Shown here: in pieces, positions 10,644 through 19,710 of the stretch
Layout: every line of letters starts with the position of its first letter
Position numbering within the stretch: position 1 is the first letter of the stretch
From: a virus
Lineage: Duplodnaviria > Caudoviricetes
Reading direction: 5' to 3' (one strand)
IMG/VR virus record: IMGVR_UViG_3300014205_000173
DNA: 64,000 bases
The notes under the pieces: generated by a model
Seen by the model: the letters and a program-made list of their open reading frames with translations, nothing else
Databases searched by the model: none
What the model was told of the DNA's origin: nothing
Position numbers and translations under genes: made by a program

Positions 10644-12182
10644 TTATTGTGCCGTAAGCCTTTCATAAATTTTTTCTACAGAAAGATCCCAAGTACACTT
10701 TTCTCTAACGTAATTCATAAGAGCTTCACCACGTTCCTTAGACTCTCTTCTATTGATATATACATGGCTCATTGTTTCTGACAGTTGATCTATTGCCTTT
10801 TGTCCCAAAACTGCAAATGTAACATTTTCATAATACGAAGAGATATCTTTTATTTCTTGTTTTTCTACGCCATAACCATCTATGTCTATCAAATAAGAAT
10901 TGCTGTCATTTAGAAACTCTAGTTGACCTCCACATCTTGTTGATATAACGGGCAAAGAACACGCTCCAGCCTCAACCATTGGAAGCCCATACCCTTCACC
11001 TCTTGATGGTAAAACAAAACAATCACATAAGTTATATAACGATGGCATATCTGCCTCTGGAATTCCAACACCAACATGAACTATGTGTGGATGATTTTCT
11101 GGATTTTTAGAAAATGTTTTTATGTAAGAAGATATTTCGTCACGTATTCTTTTTATATTTTCAACAGAAGAACTTCCATTTAATCTTGAAACTATTAAAA
11201 GTGTAACATCGTCATTTTTTGAAAAAGATTTTAAATATGATTTTAATAAAACATCATTGCCTTTGCGTAAACTCCAACCAAAAACACTAAGAAAAACAAA
11301 TCCCTTTGTTTTTATATTAAACTTTTCTTTTTTAATTAAAGATCTATCTATGGGCTTGTAAAGCGATGTGTCAACACCTAATGGGATTTTTATAAGCTTC
11401 GATTTAAATTCTTTATCATTTGATAAAATATCAAAATTACTTTGAGATGGAACCCAAACTTCATCAGCATAATTTAGTTTCTTTAAAAAAGAAGGATGAA
11501 CAGTTCCTGACTCTAACATTGTAAAATAAACTATTTTACCTTGTCTTGTTGGAAATTTTGGTGGCATTATTGCCCAAACAGCAGGTGACTTTGGATCTAC
11601 CTTATTATTCAACATTTCCTGCAAATCTTTTGACAATGGTATTGTATTTCTAATGCTAGGAATATTATGCATATCTAATTCTATATGCATTTTTTTTCCT
11701 AGTCCCTTAAGGCAATAGTGATTCATTTTCCCATATCCACCCATATCATCAGCAGGACCCCTCCACCACACATTTGGTAAAGAATTATTTTCTTTTTTAA
11801 TATCCTCTGATTTTAATGGACTTTCTTTAGGAATTTCTTCAATATTTCCAAAAGAAAAAACATCCTCTATGTTTTTTTTATCTTCTAGAATTTCTTTCTT
11901 TACCTCCCCATCAGAAGCCCTTAAAGATCTAACATCTCTGATTTTATTTTTTTCATCAGAAGACTTTTCTACTACAAAAACTTCTTCCAAGGGTTCATTT
12001 CCATTTACTTCAACAAACTTTCCAGACTGAAAAAGAGATTTAATTAATGGATGAGATTCTGCTAAAGATTTTTCTATTTCCCAAATTCTTTTAGGATCAA
12101 AACTTACTGGTTTAACTTTATTTATTTCAGTTATAAAATAGTTTTGTCCAGAGATATTCTTAAAAAAAATTTTTTCTTGCAT
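10644..12182 (-). CDS. Glycosyltransferase family 4 (GT-B) with N-terminal extension
   Basis: GGYGK, ADEVWVPS, PLGVD, RKGNDVLL, CDCFVLPSRGEGYGLPMVEAGACSLPVIST. Confidence 0.9.
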   Translation of the reverse strand: MQEKIFFKNISGQNYFITEINKVKPVSFDPKRIWEIEKSLAESHPLIKSLFQSGKFVEVNGNEPLEEVFVVEKSSDEKNKIRDVRSLRASDGEVKKEILEDKKNIEDVFSFGNIEEIPKESPLKSEDIKKENNSLPNVWWRGPADDMGGYGKMNHYCLKGLGKKMHIELDMHNIPSIRNTIPLSKDLQEMLNNKVDPKSPAVWAIMPPKFPTRQGKIVYFTMLESGTVHPSFLKKLNYADEVWVPSQSNFDILSNDKEFKSKLIKIPLGVDTSLYKPIDRSLIKKEKFNIKTKGFVFLSVFGWSLRKGNDVLLKSYLKSFSKNDDVTLLIVSRLNGSSSVENIKRIRDEISSYIKTFSKNPENHPHIVHVGVGIPEADMPSLYNLCDCFVLPSRGEGYGLPMVEAGACSLPVISTRCGGQLEFLNDSNSYLIDIDGYGVEKQEIKDISSYYENVTFAVLGQKAIDQLSETMSHVYINRRESKERGEALMNYVREKCTWDLSVEKIYERLTAQ

Positions 12183-12296
12183 AAAGATCCTTTTTATTTT
12201 TTTATGTTTTTTCTTCTATGTTTTAGATAACATTTTCTACATAATCCTATCTTACTTTTTACAGATACGGTATTTTTACAAGATTCGTTTTTACAA

Positions 12297-12531
12297 TCCC
12301 TTTGTGGTATTTTGAATACAGATAAATTTATAAAACGGGTCTATAAAACCCATTGTGGCTCTAAGCTGGATCGTGATTTTAATGCTTCGGTGAATATTTT
12401 CAACATGCCCAAATTAACGTTTGTGAAGATGGGACAACCACTAAGGACAGTAAGGAACACCTTGTGGGTATAATAATTCAAACTTCAAACACATTCTCGT
12501 ACATCATACCTTAGAAGCTTGTGTAGATCAC
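12297..12531 (+). mobile_element. Degenerate IS200/IS605-family (TnpB) 3' remnant
   Basis: The + frame reads SLCGILNTDKFIKRVYKTHCGSKLDRDFNASVNIF (TnpB Zn-ribbon plus DRDxNAxxNI motif) with a stop at 12471-12473. It is followed by GAAGC...TAGATCAC, resembling an IS right end. No start codon or N-terminal part. Confidence 0.75.
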
Positions 12532-12545
12532 TGCAAATATTATAG

Positions 12546-13610
12546 TTATTTGTAAAGATATCTGAAAAAACGGCTTCTTCCACCCGGAAGTGTATACTCC
12601 GGGGTAACTATGGATGTAATTGTTGGAAGTTTAACTTTTTTAGCTTCTAAAAGCTTTTCCCATGCTTCTTTGTAAGATGCATATAGGTCTTTAAATATAT
12701 CTTTAGTTTGCTTCCATCCATCATTCCACGATTCATTATCAAATATTATTCTTCTTTCTTGTAAGGATAGTCCCAATAATAACTGTCTAAATGCATACAT
12801 TGCTGCACCAATCATCAAAATTTGTTGATAAAGTTCATTGGTATTAAATATATTTGATGGTCCACCAAATGGTGGATTTATTTTCCAAACAGCAGCGGCT
12901 TGTTTAAAAAATGACTTTATTTCTTCGTCTGAAAAATAACTAAAATTATAATCAACATCTATCTGATCTGCATAATCAATATCGCCATGCTCAAGATTGT
13001 CATTGTTGAAAAAAATTTGTCCATTTTTATAGTCTATTGTATATCCGGAATCTATAATCAACTGATTTCTTCTAACAACAGTTCTTGGTCTTACGTTCCA
13101 ATTACCAAAAGCAGCATGAAAAACGGTTGGAGAAGTACTGCTATTTGGCCTTAAAACCTCAGCATACACAGGGATCTTTACAGCAGAATCTATAAACGCA
13201 AATTTAAAGTCAGAGATAATACCATTATTTAATGTTGTAAAAGAGGTTTCGTACTCTTCCATTTCAACAGGAACTGCTGGTGAAACAACATATGTTTTAA
13301 CGTTTACTTTAACTGTTATTGATTGGTTTTCATCAAAAGGCATTTCAGGAACAACATTAACATTGTAGTGAGTTTTTTTTGAGGCATCACCAATATATTT
13401 AATTTCTATTAAGGTTGGATCTGCTTCTAAGTCATAAATAACGTAATTTACTTCATCTGCAATTACGTTAGAAGTCATGTCAATTCTTACTGAAAGAGTT
13501 GAAATATCTATTTGGTCTCCATCCATACCAACCAAATCAAAACTTATATTACAAATAGTAGAAACTTCTGTTTCTGTATCTCTTGGTAAAAAATTTCTAA
13601 CTTCTAACAT
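12546..13610 (-). CDS. Virion protein: Ig-like N-domain plus head-tail connector-like C-domain
   Basis: Big-like N-terminus (VRNFLPRDTET...ITVKVNV), YTIDYKNGQIFF, FSDEEIKSFFKQA helical C-terminus. Confidence 0.55.
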   Translation of the reverse strand: MLEVRNFLPRDTETEVSTICNISFDLVGMDGDQIDISTLSVRIDMTSNVIADEVNYVIYDLEADPTLIEIKYIGDASKKTHYNVNVVPEMPFDENQSITVKVNVKTYVVSPAVPVEMEEYETSFTTLNNGIISDFKFAFIDSAVKIPVYAEVLRPNSSTSPTVFHAAFGNWNVRPRTVVRRNQLIIDSGYTIDYKNGQIFFNNDNLEHGDIDYADQIDVDYNFSYFSDEEIKSFFKQAAAVWKINPPFGGPSNIFNTNELYQQILMIGAAMYAFRQLLLGLSLQERRIIFDNESWNDGWKQTKDIFKDLYASYKEAWEKLLEAKKVKLPTITSIVTPEYTLPGGRSRFFRYLYK

Positions 13611-13620
13611 TTCTAATTCC

Positions 13621-14166
13621 TCACCTATAGATCACATCTACAACTAACAAACTTCCAGAAACATTTTCATAATCTATATAAAATCCTGTTTCTGTTTCTG
13701 GAACACGAACCACAATGGTTGTTGTCGGTGTAGGTGAAGTAAACGTAACGTTTTTAACATATTTAATTGCAAAGTTATCTGAAACATCTGGATTTGTCAA
13801 CAGGCTGTCACCAATAATTAGAGTAAACTCCTCATTACCAGTTTCCTCTGTGTAGTCTAAATCTTTTGTTAAAAGAATCCCATTATAATATAGTTGCAAT
13901 GATCCTGAGACATATATATCTCCGGCACTACTAGAAATATCTCCTACATTATACAGCAAGTTACTTGTTGGTGTATTTGGGCTAAAAAAAACAGGACCAA
14001 CCTCATCATCACTAGAAATTTGTCCTACTGATGCATTTTGAACCATTCCCCAAGAAACCATAAATCCTGTTTCAACAAAAATAGAACCCGTAGAAGTTGC
14101 TACTGTCTCTGATACTCTTGTTAGTTTAGGAATATTATCTTCTGCAAGAGTCATTTTTCTTATCAT
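13621..14166 (-). CDS. Putative virion structural protein
   Basis: Beta-rich; SLQLYYNGILLTKDLDYTE motif typical of tail/baseplate repeats. Confidence 0.5.
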   Translation of the reverse strand: MIRKMTLAEDNIPKLTRVSETVATSTGSIFVETGFMVSWGMVQNASVGQISSDDEVGPVFFSPNTPTSNLLYNVGDISSSAGDIYVSGSLQLYYNGILLTKDLDYTEETGNEEFTLIIGDSLLTNPDVSDNFAIKYVKNVTFTSPTPTTTIVVRVPETETGFYIDYENVSGSLLVVDVIYR

Positions 14167-14243
14167 TTAAGCTTCCAAGATGTCCGTATAAATTATAATC
14201 TTCTGTAAGCTTTCTTTAAAAAAAAACCAAAAACCTTTTAAAT

Positions 14244-14271
14244 AAAAAAAAACCATCAAAACGATGGTTTT
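14244..14271 (-). terminator. Intrinsic terminator separating the upstream block from structural genes
   Basis: Minus strand AAAACCATC-GTTTT-GATGGTTTT followed by a T run. Confidence 0.7.
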
Positions 14272-14596
14272 ATTTCTTTCTATTTATTTCTCCCGTTTGT
14301 ATGTTTATTGCATACTCTTCAATTTCATTTTCTTTAATTCCTAAAGAAATTAATCCTTCTTTTATTTTTTCTTTAAAATTTTCTTTAAGTCTAAAGAAAT
14401 CAACAATTAATGCATTTTTTGAGATCTCTAACTCTGCAATTTTTTTAATATTTTTGTCTTCAGAGTTTAAGACATTATATTTATTTAACTCTATTTGCCC
14501 TATTGTCTTTGTAATATTTAAAATTGTTTTTGATATTACATTTATCTCTTCTTTTAATTTGTCTTGTAAAACTTTGGATTCTATTGTTTTTTCCAC
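14270..14596 (-). CDS. Hypothetical coiled-coil protein
   Basis: 108 aa, helical and charged. Confidence 0.5.
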   Translation of the reverse strand: MEKTIESKVLQDKLKEEINVISKTILNITKTIGQIELNKYNVLNSEDKNIKKIAELEISKNALIVDFFRLKENFKEKIKEGLISLGIKENEIEEYAINIQTGEINRKK

Positions 14597-14598
14597 AA

Positions 14599-15402
14599 CT
14601 ATCCCCCCATAAATTTTCTCATTTCTGATTCAGTCATTGGCCCGTCCAAATCTATAGAAGATTCTATTGTTTCTAATAAATTCCCTAAAGATGGACCTCT
14701 TGTTTCTGGATTTATTTCTATTGTGTTTTCATTAGTATCTTCGTAAAGCTCTCCACGATTAACCTTATCTACAATAGATTCTGGCTTTCCACGATCAGAA
14801 ACCCTAGAAATTCCAGAAGAACTCCTTTTAGCTGTTTTTGATACTGGATCTACTATATTATCATCTATTGCATTTTCTTTTAATTGAATAAATTTTTGTT
14901 TTTCCTTCCATACTGCTTTCATTCCAATATCTCTTTCGGATTTAGTCACATCTGTAATTTTTCCCGTTTCATAAAGCCTTAATAGTTCCTCATTTTTTAA
15001 TTCAGACTCACTTAGTTCTTTTTTATATTTAAAATCAACTATTTCTATAGCTTTTTGGAAACCCTTATTTCTTCCAGAATCACAAATTTCATTTGTTAAA
15101 ATAATAATAGGACTTCCAGTAAGATTTTTTATATAATTTTTTTCTAAAGAATTTGATTCGTTAGTATTATCACATTTTTTATCAACCGTTACATTTCTTG
15201 AAAAATTATTTTTTGGTACGTCTACACTATTTAGGTTTCTTTTTTCTCTAGACTTTCTTTTCAACAAATTCCTATTAAATGGATCTGACTTTATTTTTCT
15301 CCTCAAAATATCTTGAGGCATAGTAAATTCATCTATATCATCTAATGTTTGAATATACTTTGAATTTTCAGAAATAAAAATAATACTATTTAAAATATCC
15401 AT
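14599..15402 (-). CDS. Hypothetical protein
   Basis: 267 aa; internal segment resembles one in 43863..44543. Confidence 0.5.
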   Translation of the reverse strand: MDILNSIIFISENSKYIQTLDDIDEFTMPQDILRRKIKSDPFNRNLLKRKSREKRNLNSVDVPKNNFSRNVTVDKKCDNTNESNSLEKNYIKNLTGSPIIILTNEICDSGRNKGFQKAIEIVDFKYKKELSESELKNEELLRLYETGKITDVTKSERDIGMKAVWKEKQKFIQLKENAIDDNIVDPVSKTAKRSSSGISRVSDRGKPESIVDKVNRGELYEDTNENTIEINPETRGPSLGNLLETIESSIDLDGPMTESEMRKFMGG

Positions 15403-15409
15403 AAACTAT

Positions 15410-15757
15410 TTACTCATCTGTTTCATTTTCTAAAACAGGTTTTTGATTTTGATTTACAAAATGATCACTCAAACCTTTTATGTATTCTTCTAGCTTTGCA
15501 TCAAATCCTTCAAGCAAAATACGTTCACCTGTTAAGGAAACAAATCTTTTGTTTTTCCCATCATAAAGACCGGGGATACCAATACTCTTATATGGTGATT
15601 GTTCATCATCCTTATCGGATATTGACGCCCAAACAACACATGGTTCAAGTGGAACAACACTAATAACACTGTCTACTTTGTAATTCTTGTAGTCTTGTTT
15701 TTTATTTTCTGTCTTTTCTTTTTTTTCAAAATCTTTTTCTTCCATATATTTCTCCAA
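15410..15757 (-). CDS. Hypothetical protein
   Basis: 115 aa, operon-packed. Confidence 0.5.
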   Translation of the reverse strand: MEKYMEEKDFEKKEKTENKKQDYKNYKVDSVISVVPLEPCVVWASISDKDDEQSPYKSIGIPGLYDGKNKRFVSLTGERILLEGFDAKLEEYIKGLSDHFVNQNQKPVLENETDE

Positions 15758-15763
15758 ATATTG

Positions 15764-15976
15764 TTAGTATGATATTCCACCTATTTTAGGAAATTTTTTT
15801 TGATCTGATTTTCCCAATATTATTTTATTTTCAAAATTACAATAAGGACACATAAATGCCAAAGACTGATCTAAAGAATCTATTTTTACTTCAACAACAT
15901 ATTTCTTATCATCAGTTATACCTAACTCTTTTCTGCATTTTTTATTACCACACACAAGGGTTAATTCTATGTTCAT
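15764..15976 (-). CDS. Small zinc-ribbon protein
   Basis: CGNKKC...CPYC. Confidence 0.6.
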   Translation of the reverse strand: MNIELTLVCGNKKCRKELGITDDKKYVVEVKIDSLDQSLAFMCPYCNFENKIILGKSDQKKFPKIGGISY

Positions 15977-16227
15977 TTTACGATATTTCCTGTGTCATCA
16001 AACTGGTCTAATATTTTTTTACTTACCAGTGGGTGTACGTTCACTCCAACTCCATTACTTTCGTCACCCCTTCCAAGATAAACAACTAAATGTTTTCCCA
16101 TAACTTCGTCATGTGATAAATATGCTCTAAGATCTAAATGCTCAGTAATCTCGATTAAGTCTTCTGTATTGGTAAGTTTTGGTTTTTCATACAAACCATC
16201 CCCTACTTTTTGTAATTTTTCAGTCAT
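15973..16227 (-). CDS. Hypothetical protein
   Basis: 84 aa; ATGA-type overlaps with both neighbours. Confidence 0.55.
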   Translation of the reverse strand: MTEKLQKVGDGLYEKPKLTNTEDLIEITEHLDLRAYLSHDEVMGKHLVVYLGRGDESNGVGVNVHPLVSKKILDQFDDTGNIVK

Positions 16228-17159
16228 CCAACATCCTCCGTAAATACATTTATATGTCCTTCAAATTCTAAGTGTTTTTTTACAGAACTAAGTGTTTCGT
16301 CTTTTGTCATACAATAATTTGATTTCCATGCAGGATAGTGTCTAAGTAAATGTATTGCAATATTATTTCCAAGCTCTTTCATTTTACGAGAAAACACAGA
16401 AACACTTTCCATTGAATCATTAATTCCTTCTATTATTATGTGAGAAATTTCTATGTGTTTCTTCATTAAAACTGCTTTTTTTGCAAAGTTCCAAATACAT
16501 TCAGAATCAACTATTCCACACTTTTTAAGATATTCTTCATTTAGCGGTTTAATATCTAGATTTATAACATCTACCATTGACAGTAATTGTTCTCCAAATT
16601 CTTCAGAAATATATCCAGCAGTTTTTAAACAACATTTTATTCCTTTTTCTTTTGCAAGATTTGAAATTTCTGAAACATATTCAATCCAAACAATTGGTTC
16701 GGTATATGTAAAACTTATATAGTTTACTTCGTTTTTTAATGCAAACTCAATAATTTCTTCTGGAGAAATTTCAATTGAATTTGAATAGTTTTCTGACTGA
16801 CTAACCATCCAATTTTGACAAAACGGACAAGTATTGTTACAGCCGGTAAGACCTATTGTAAGACTTTTTATGTTTTCATTTCCAAGAAGATATATTGGTC
16901 TTTTTCTAAGAGTATCAATACTTGCCTGAACTAACTTTGAATAATTAAATAATTGGAACTTTCCATCTACATTATGTCTAACGTAACATTTTCCATGTTG
17001 ACCATTTGAAATTTTACAATTTACTGGACACAGTTTGCATAGAAGTCTTCCGTCTGGCAATTTTGTTGAATACTTAGAATCACATATTCTCTGTGTTTGG
17101 ATCTTGTTTTTTTCTGTCAATTTCATCTTTAATTTCTGCTGCCATTCCGAACTCTTCAT
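16224..17159 (-). CDS. Radical SAM enzyme, AmmeMemoRadiSam (AmrS)/PflA-like
   Basis: N-terminal CKLCPVNC...GKCYVRHN, CxxxCxxC (GCNNTCPFCQNW), FTYTEP, NLDIK. Start uncertain. Confidence 0.85.
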   Translation of the reverse strand: MKSSEWQQKLKMKLTEKNKIQTQRICDSKYSTKLPDGRLLCKLCPVNCKISNGQHGKCYVRHNVDGKFQLFNYSKLVQASIDTLRKRPIYLLGNENIKSLTIGLTGCNNTCPFCQNWMVSQSENYSNSIEISPEEIIEFALKNEVNYISFTYTEPIVWIEYVSEISNLAKEKGIKCCLKTAGYISEEFGEQLLSMVDVINLDIKPLNEEYLKKCGIVDSECIWNFAKKAVLMKKHIEISHIIIEGINDSMESVSVFSRKMKELGNNIAIHLLRHYPAWKSNYCMTKDETLSSVKKHLEFEGHINVFTEDVG

Positions 17160-17526
17160 TTAGGATGTATTCTTCTAATCTCTCTTGAAGAAATTCAAAT
17201 TCAGTTTTGATTTCTTTTTCATTAGAATTAAACTCTTTAAAATCGTTTTTATTAAAACGATCTTCTTCAAAACTATTTGTTTTTTCAACTTCTTCTTTTG
17301 AATTTAAAAACAATTCTTTGGCAGCCCGCTTTACAACATCTTCCAAAAAATTATCTTCAAGCATTGGAGTTTCCATCTTGTTTTTTTCAATGTCAATCCT
17401 TGGCCTTTTTTCTCTATCCCACGAATATGTCAATAGTTCTTGTGGGGAAAAATATACTTTATCTATTTTTCCCCCATCAATAACTACCAAGCATATTGAA
17501 TTTTCTGAACCCAACAAGTTTGGCAT
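17080..17526 (-). CDS. Protein with C-terminal UVR (UvrB/UvrC) coiled-coil motif
   Basis: LQERLEEYILNEEFGMAAEIKDEI. Confidence 0.65.
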   Translation of the reverse strand: MPNLLGSENSICLVVIDGGKIDKVYFSPQELLTYSWDREKRPRIDIEKNKMETPMLEDNFLEDVVKRAAKELFLNSKEEVEKTNSFEEDRFNKNDFKEFNSNEKEIKTEFEFLQERLEEYILNEEFGMAAEIKDEIDRKKQDPNTENM

Positions 17527-18092
17527 TAAACTTTTGCCTTTCTGAACCTAACTTCAGACTCTGTTTTTTCAATAGAAAGTTCGGGAATTGGAAGTTTACC
17601 AGTCTCTTTATAATCTGAAGAAATTTTAGACTTATTCAAACTGGTACTTACTCTAACGTAGTCACTTCCTACCTCATGTAGTGATTTGGCCAATTCCTCT
17701 TCATTTTCAGGATAAACTATCTTCTCAGAACCTTTCTGCATATAGACAGTTGCCAAATCTGGGAAATTAACTTTAGTCTCTTGAATATTGTTTAGGAAAT
17801 CTTTTAAGCCTTCTTTTATTATTTCTTGAGCGTTTTTATGTCTTTCAATTTTATCTTTAACTGGTTTAATATATCTCTCCATTAAAAATGGAATATATTC
17901 GTCCTTCAATCTGTCAACTTCTGCACCAAGTTTCTGATGAGCATATACCCAATTCCTAGCAACATTATGTGTTCCGGGAGGAATTACTACAGACTTTTCA
18001 TCATCAAGTTTCTGCTCAACATCTTGATATAACTGTTCTATTGAAAGTTCATCTACTTCTTCAAGATTTAAAAAATTTAAAGTGTCCGTCAT
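17526..18092 (-). CDS. Gam/Gp157-like protein (putative host-nuclease inhibitor)
   Basis: Long coiled coil then TKVNFPDLATV...YVRVSTSLNKSKI...IPELSIE, the Mu Gam/Gp157 pattern. Confidence 0.55.
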   Translation of the reverse strand: MTDTLNFLNLEEVDELSIEQLYQDVEQKLDDEKSVVIPPGTHNVARNWVYAHQKLGAEVDRLKDEYIPFLMERYIKPVKDKIERHKNAQEIIKEGLKDFLNNIQETKVNFPDLATVYMQKGSEKIVYPENEEELAKSLHEVGSDYVRVSTSLNKSKISSDYKETGKLPIPELSIEKTESEVRFRKAKV

Positions 18093-18094
18093 TT

Positions 18095-18415
18095 TTATTC
18101 TCCTTCTATATCCATTGAAATTCCAGTTCTTGTTTCACCATCTATTTCTGTTTCAAAAAAATATGGAGTTATCTTTATTGAAATTCCAATAGGCTTTAAA
18201 TATCCAGAAGCAATCGCAACAGCCTTAACTCCTCTTCCAATAGCACCATCACCAATGCATTTTAATGAGGCAAATCCATGCTCCTTCATTGTTGCGGTAA
18301 TAGAGCCAGCCAATGCTTTTGGTGCGGAACTAGATTTAACTCTAAGAATTGCCTTTGGATTACTATTTTTTACTTTTTCATTCTTTTGTTCTTCGTTGTT
18401 AATTTGATTAGTCAT
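18095..18415 (-). CDS. spoVS: Stage V sporulation protein S homolog
   Basis: ILRVKSSSAPKALAGSI...CIGDGAIGRGVKAVAIASGYL...PYFFETEIDGETRTGI matches SpoVS over its full length. Confidence 0.9.
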   Translation of the reverse strand: MTNQINNEEQKNEKVKNSNPKAILRVKSSSAPKALAGSITATMKEHGFASLKCIGDGAIGRGVKAVAIASGYLKPIGISIKITPYFFETEIDGETRTGISMDIEGE

Positions 18416-18444
18416 TTGAATAATCTCCGTTTTGTTTTTTATAA

Positions 18445-19710
18445 TTATCTTTCATTTTTCTTAAAAGATCTAGAAAGTTCCATACGACAACACTCATCTC
18501 CTTTTATTGTTTTCAACACCTTGGAAGTAAAACCATCTTTTACATAAGTAAAATACGACCTATCTAGTTCTGAATTTTTTAAAGAGCTATAAAATATCTT
18601 GTCAAAAATTATTTCCTTTATTATTGCCTTTCTTTTTATTAAAGATATATCTTCCTCTTTAAACATTTTATTTATTGAATAGTAATTTTTTTCATTTCTT
18701 TCATAAAATATATCAACAAGCATATCTACTGTTTCTTGCATAAAAATATCATCAATCATTCCAGTTTCGCCAACCAAAGTAACGCTCTCACAATTTGTAT
18801 CTTCAAGAGTAACACTCTCATCTTCGTCAATTGGTATGTTTGTTGATAGAATATTATTCTTTACTTGAGTATTTGGATATAGCTTAAAATATATTGATAA
18901 TATTTTAGATCTTAAAATTTCAGTAATTTCTTTTCTATCTTTTTTTGCTAAATAAATTGCACCAAGAACCATGCATCTATTTTCTACTTCCTCTGAATTT
19001 TCTTTATAATAATAATATTCACCAGAATCAAATAAAATTTGACTTCCAATATCCATATACAATTTCTTTACGAACATTTCATGACCATTAGACATTAAAT
19101 GTTTTGAAGTAATTTTTCCTATATATTCTCCGCATACTTCACATTTTATTAATGGAGATCTTTTTTTATAGTTCTTTGTTTTTTGAATATCAGATATTTT
19201 ATTTTGAATTGACTTGTAAAAAAAACTAGAAAACCATCTTTCGCTTGTTTTTGAAAAATCTCCACTTCTAGCAAACATACCTACTATCTTAGAAAACGAA
19301 GAACATAACTCTCCATATATTTCTTCCGGGGCATCTATTATTTTTGCCTTTTCACTTTCATGAACTATTCTTCCCTGATATCTTGCAAAAATTTCATCAA
19401 AAGCTGCCGATGAAAATTGCACATCATTTTTGTTTTTCAAATCCATTTTTTTCTTACATGAAGTTAGTATATCACATTTTACATTTAAATTACAAGCACG
19501 AACTTCATGAATATATTTTTCATTCAAACAAGAAAGAGAGTCTGTGTATGAAACGCTTTTGCTACATTTTGGGCAAGACCAAAAACACTCATTTCGATAA
19601 CTGTCCATATCTATTTGAGCTTGTTTTACAAGATCTTCATCCTTTATATCTTTAAAGTCTTTATTTCTTTTTATCTTTAAATAATCAAAGGTAGAATATT
19701 GGATACTCAT
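18445..19710 (-). CDS. Divergent sigma70-like factor with zinc-finger insertions
   Basis: Region-2-like AFDEIFARYQGRI...FSSFFYKSIQNKISD; CPKC; CEVC...HLMSNGH; region-3-like LSTNIPIDEDESVTLED. Start probably ATG 19710, overlapping the upstream stop. Confidence 0.5.
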   Translation of the reverse strand: MSIQYSTFDYLKIKRNKDFKDIKDEDLVKQAQIDMDSYRNECFWSCPKCSKSVSYTDSLSCLNEKYIHEVRACNLNVKCDILTSCKKKMDLKNKNDVQFSSAAFDEIFARYQGRIVHESEKAKIIDAPEEIYGELCSSFSKIVGMFARSGDFSKTSERWFSSFFYKSIQNKISDIQKTKNYKKRSPLIKCEVCGEYIGKITSKHLMSNGHEMFVKKLYMDIGSQILFDSGEYYYYKENSEEVENRCMVLGAIYLAKKDRKEITEILRSKILSIYFKLYPNTQVKNNILSTNIPIDEDESVTLEDTNCESVTLVGETGMIDDIFMQETVDMLVDIFYERNEKNYYSINKMFKEEDISLIKRKAIIKEIIFDKIFYSSLKNSELDRSYFTYVKDGFTSKVLKTIKGDECCRMELSRSFKKNER

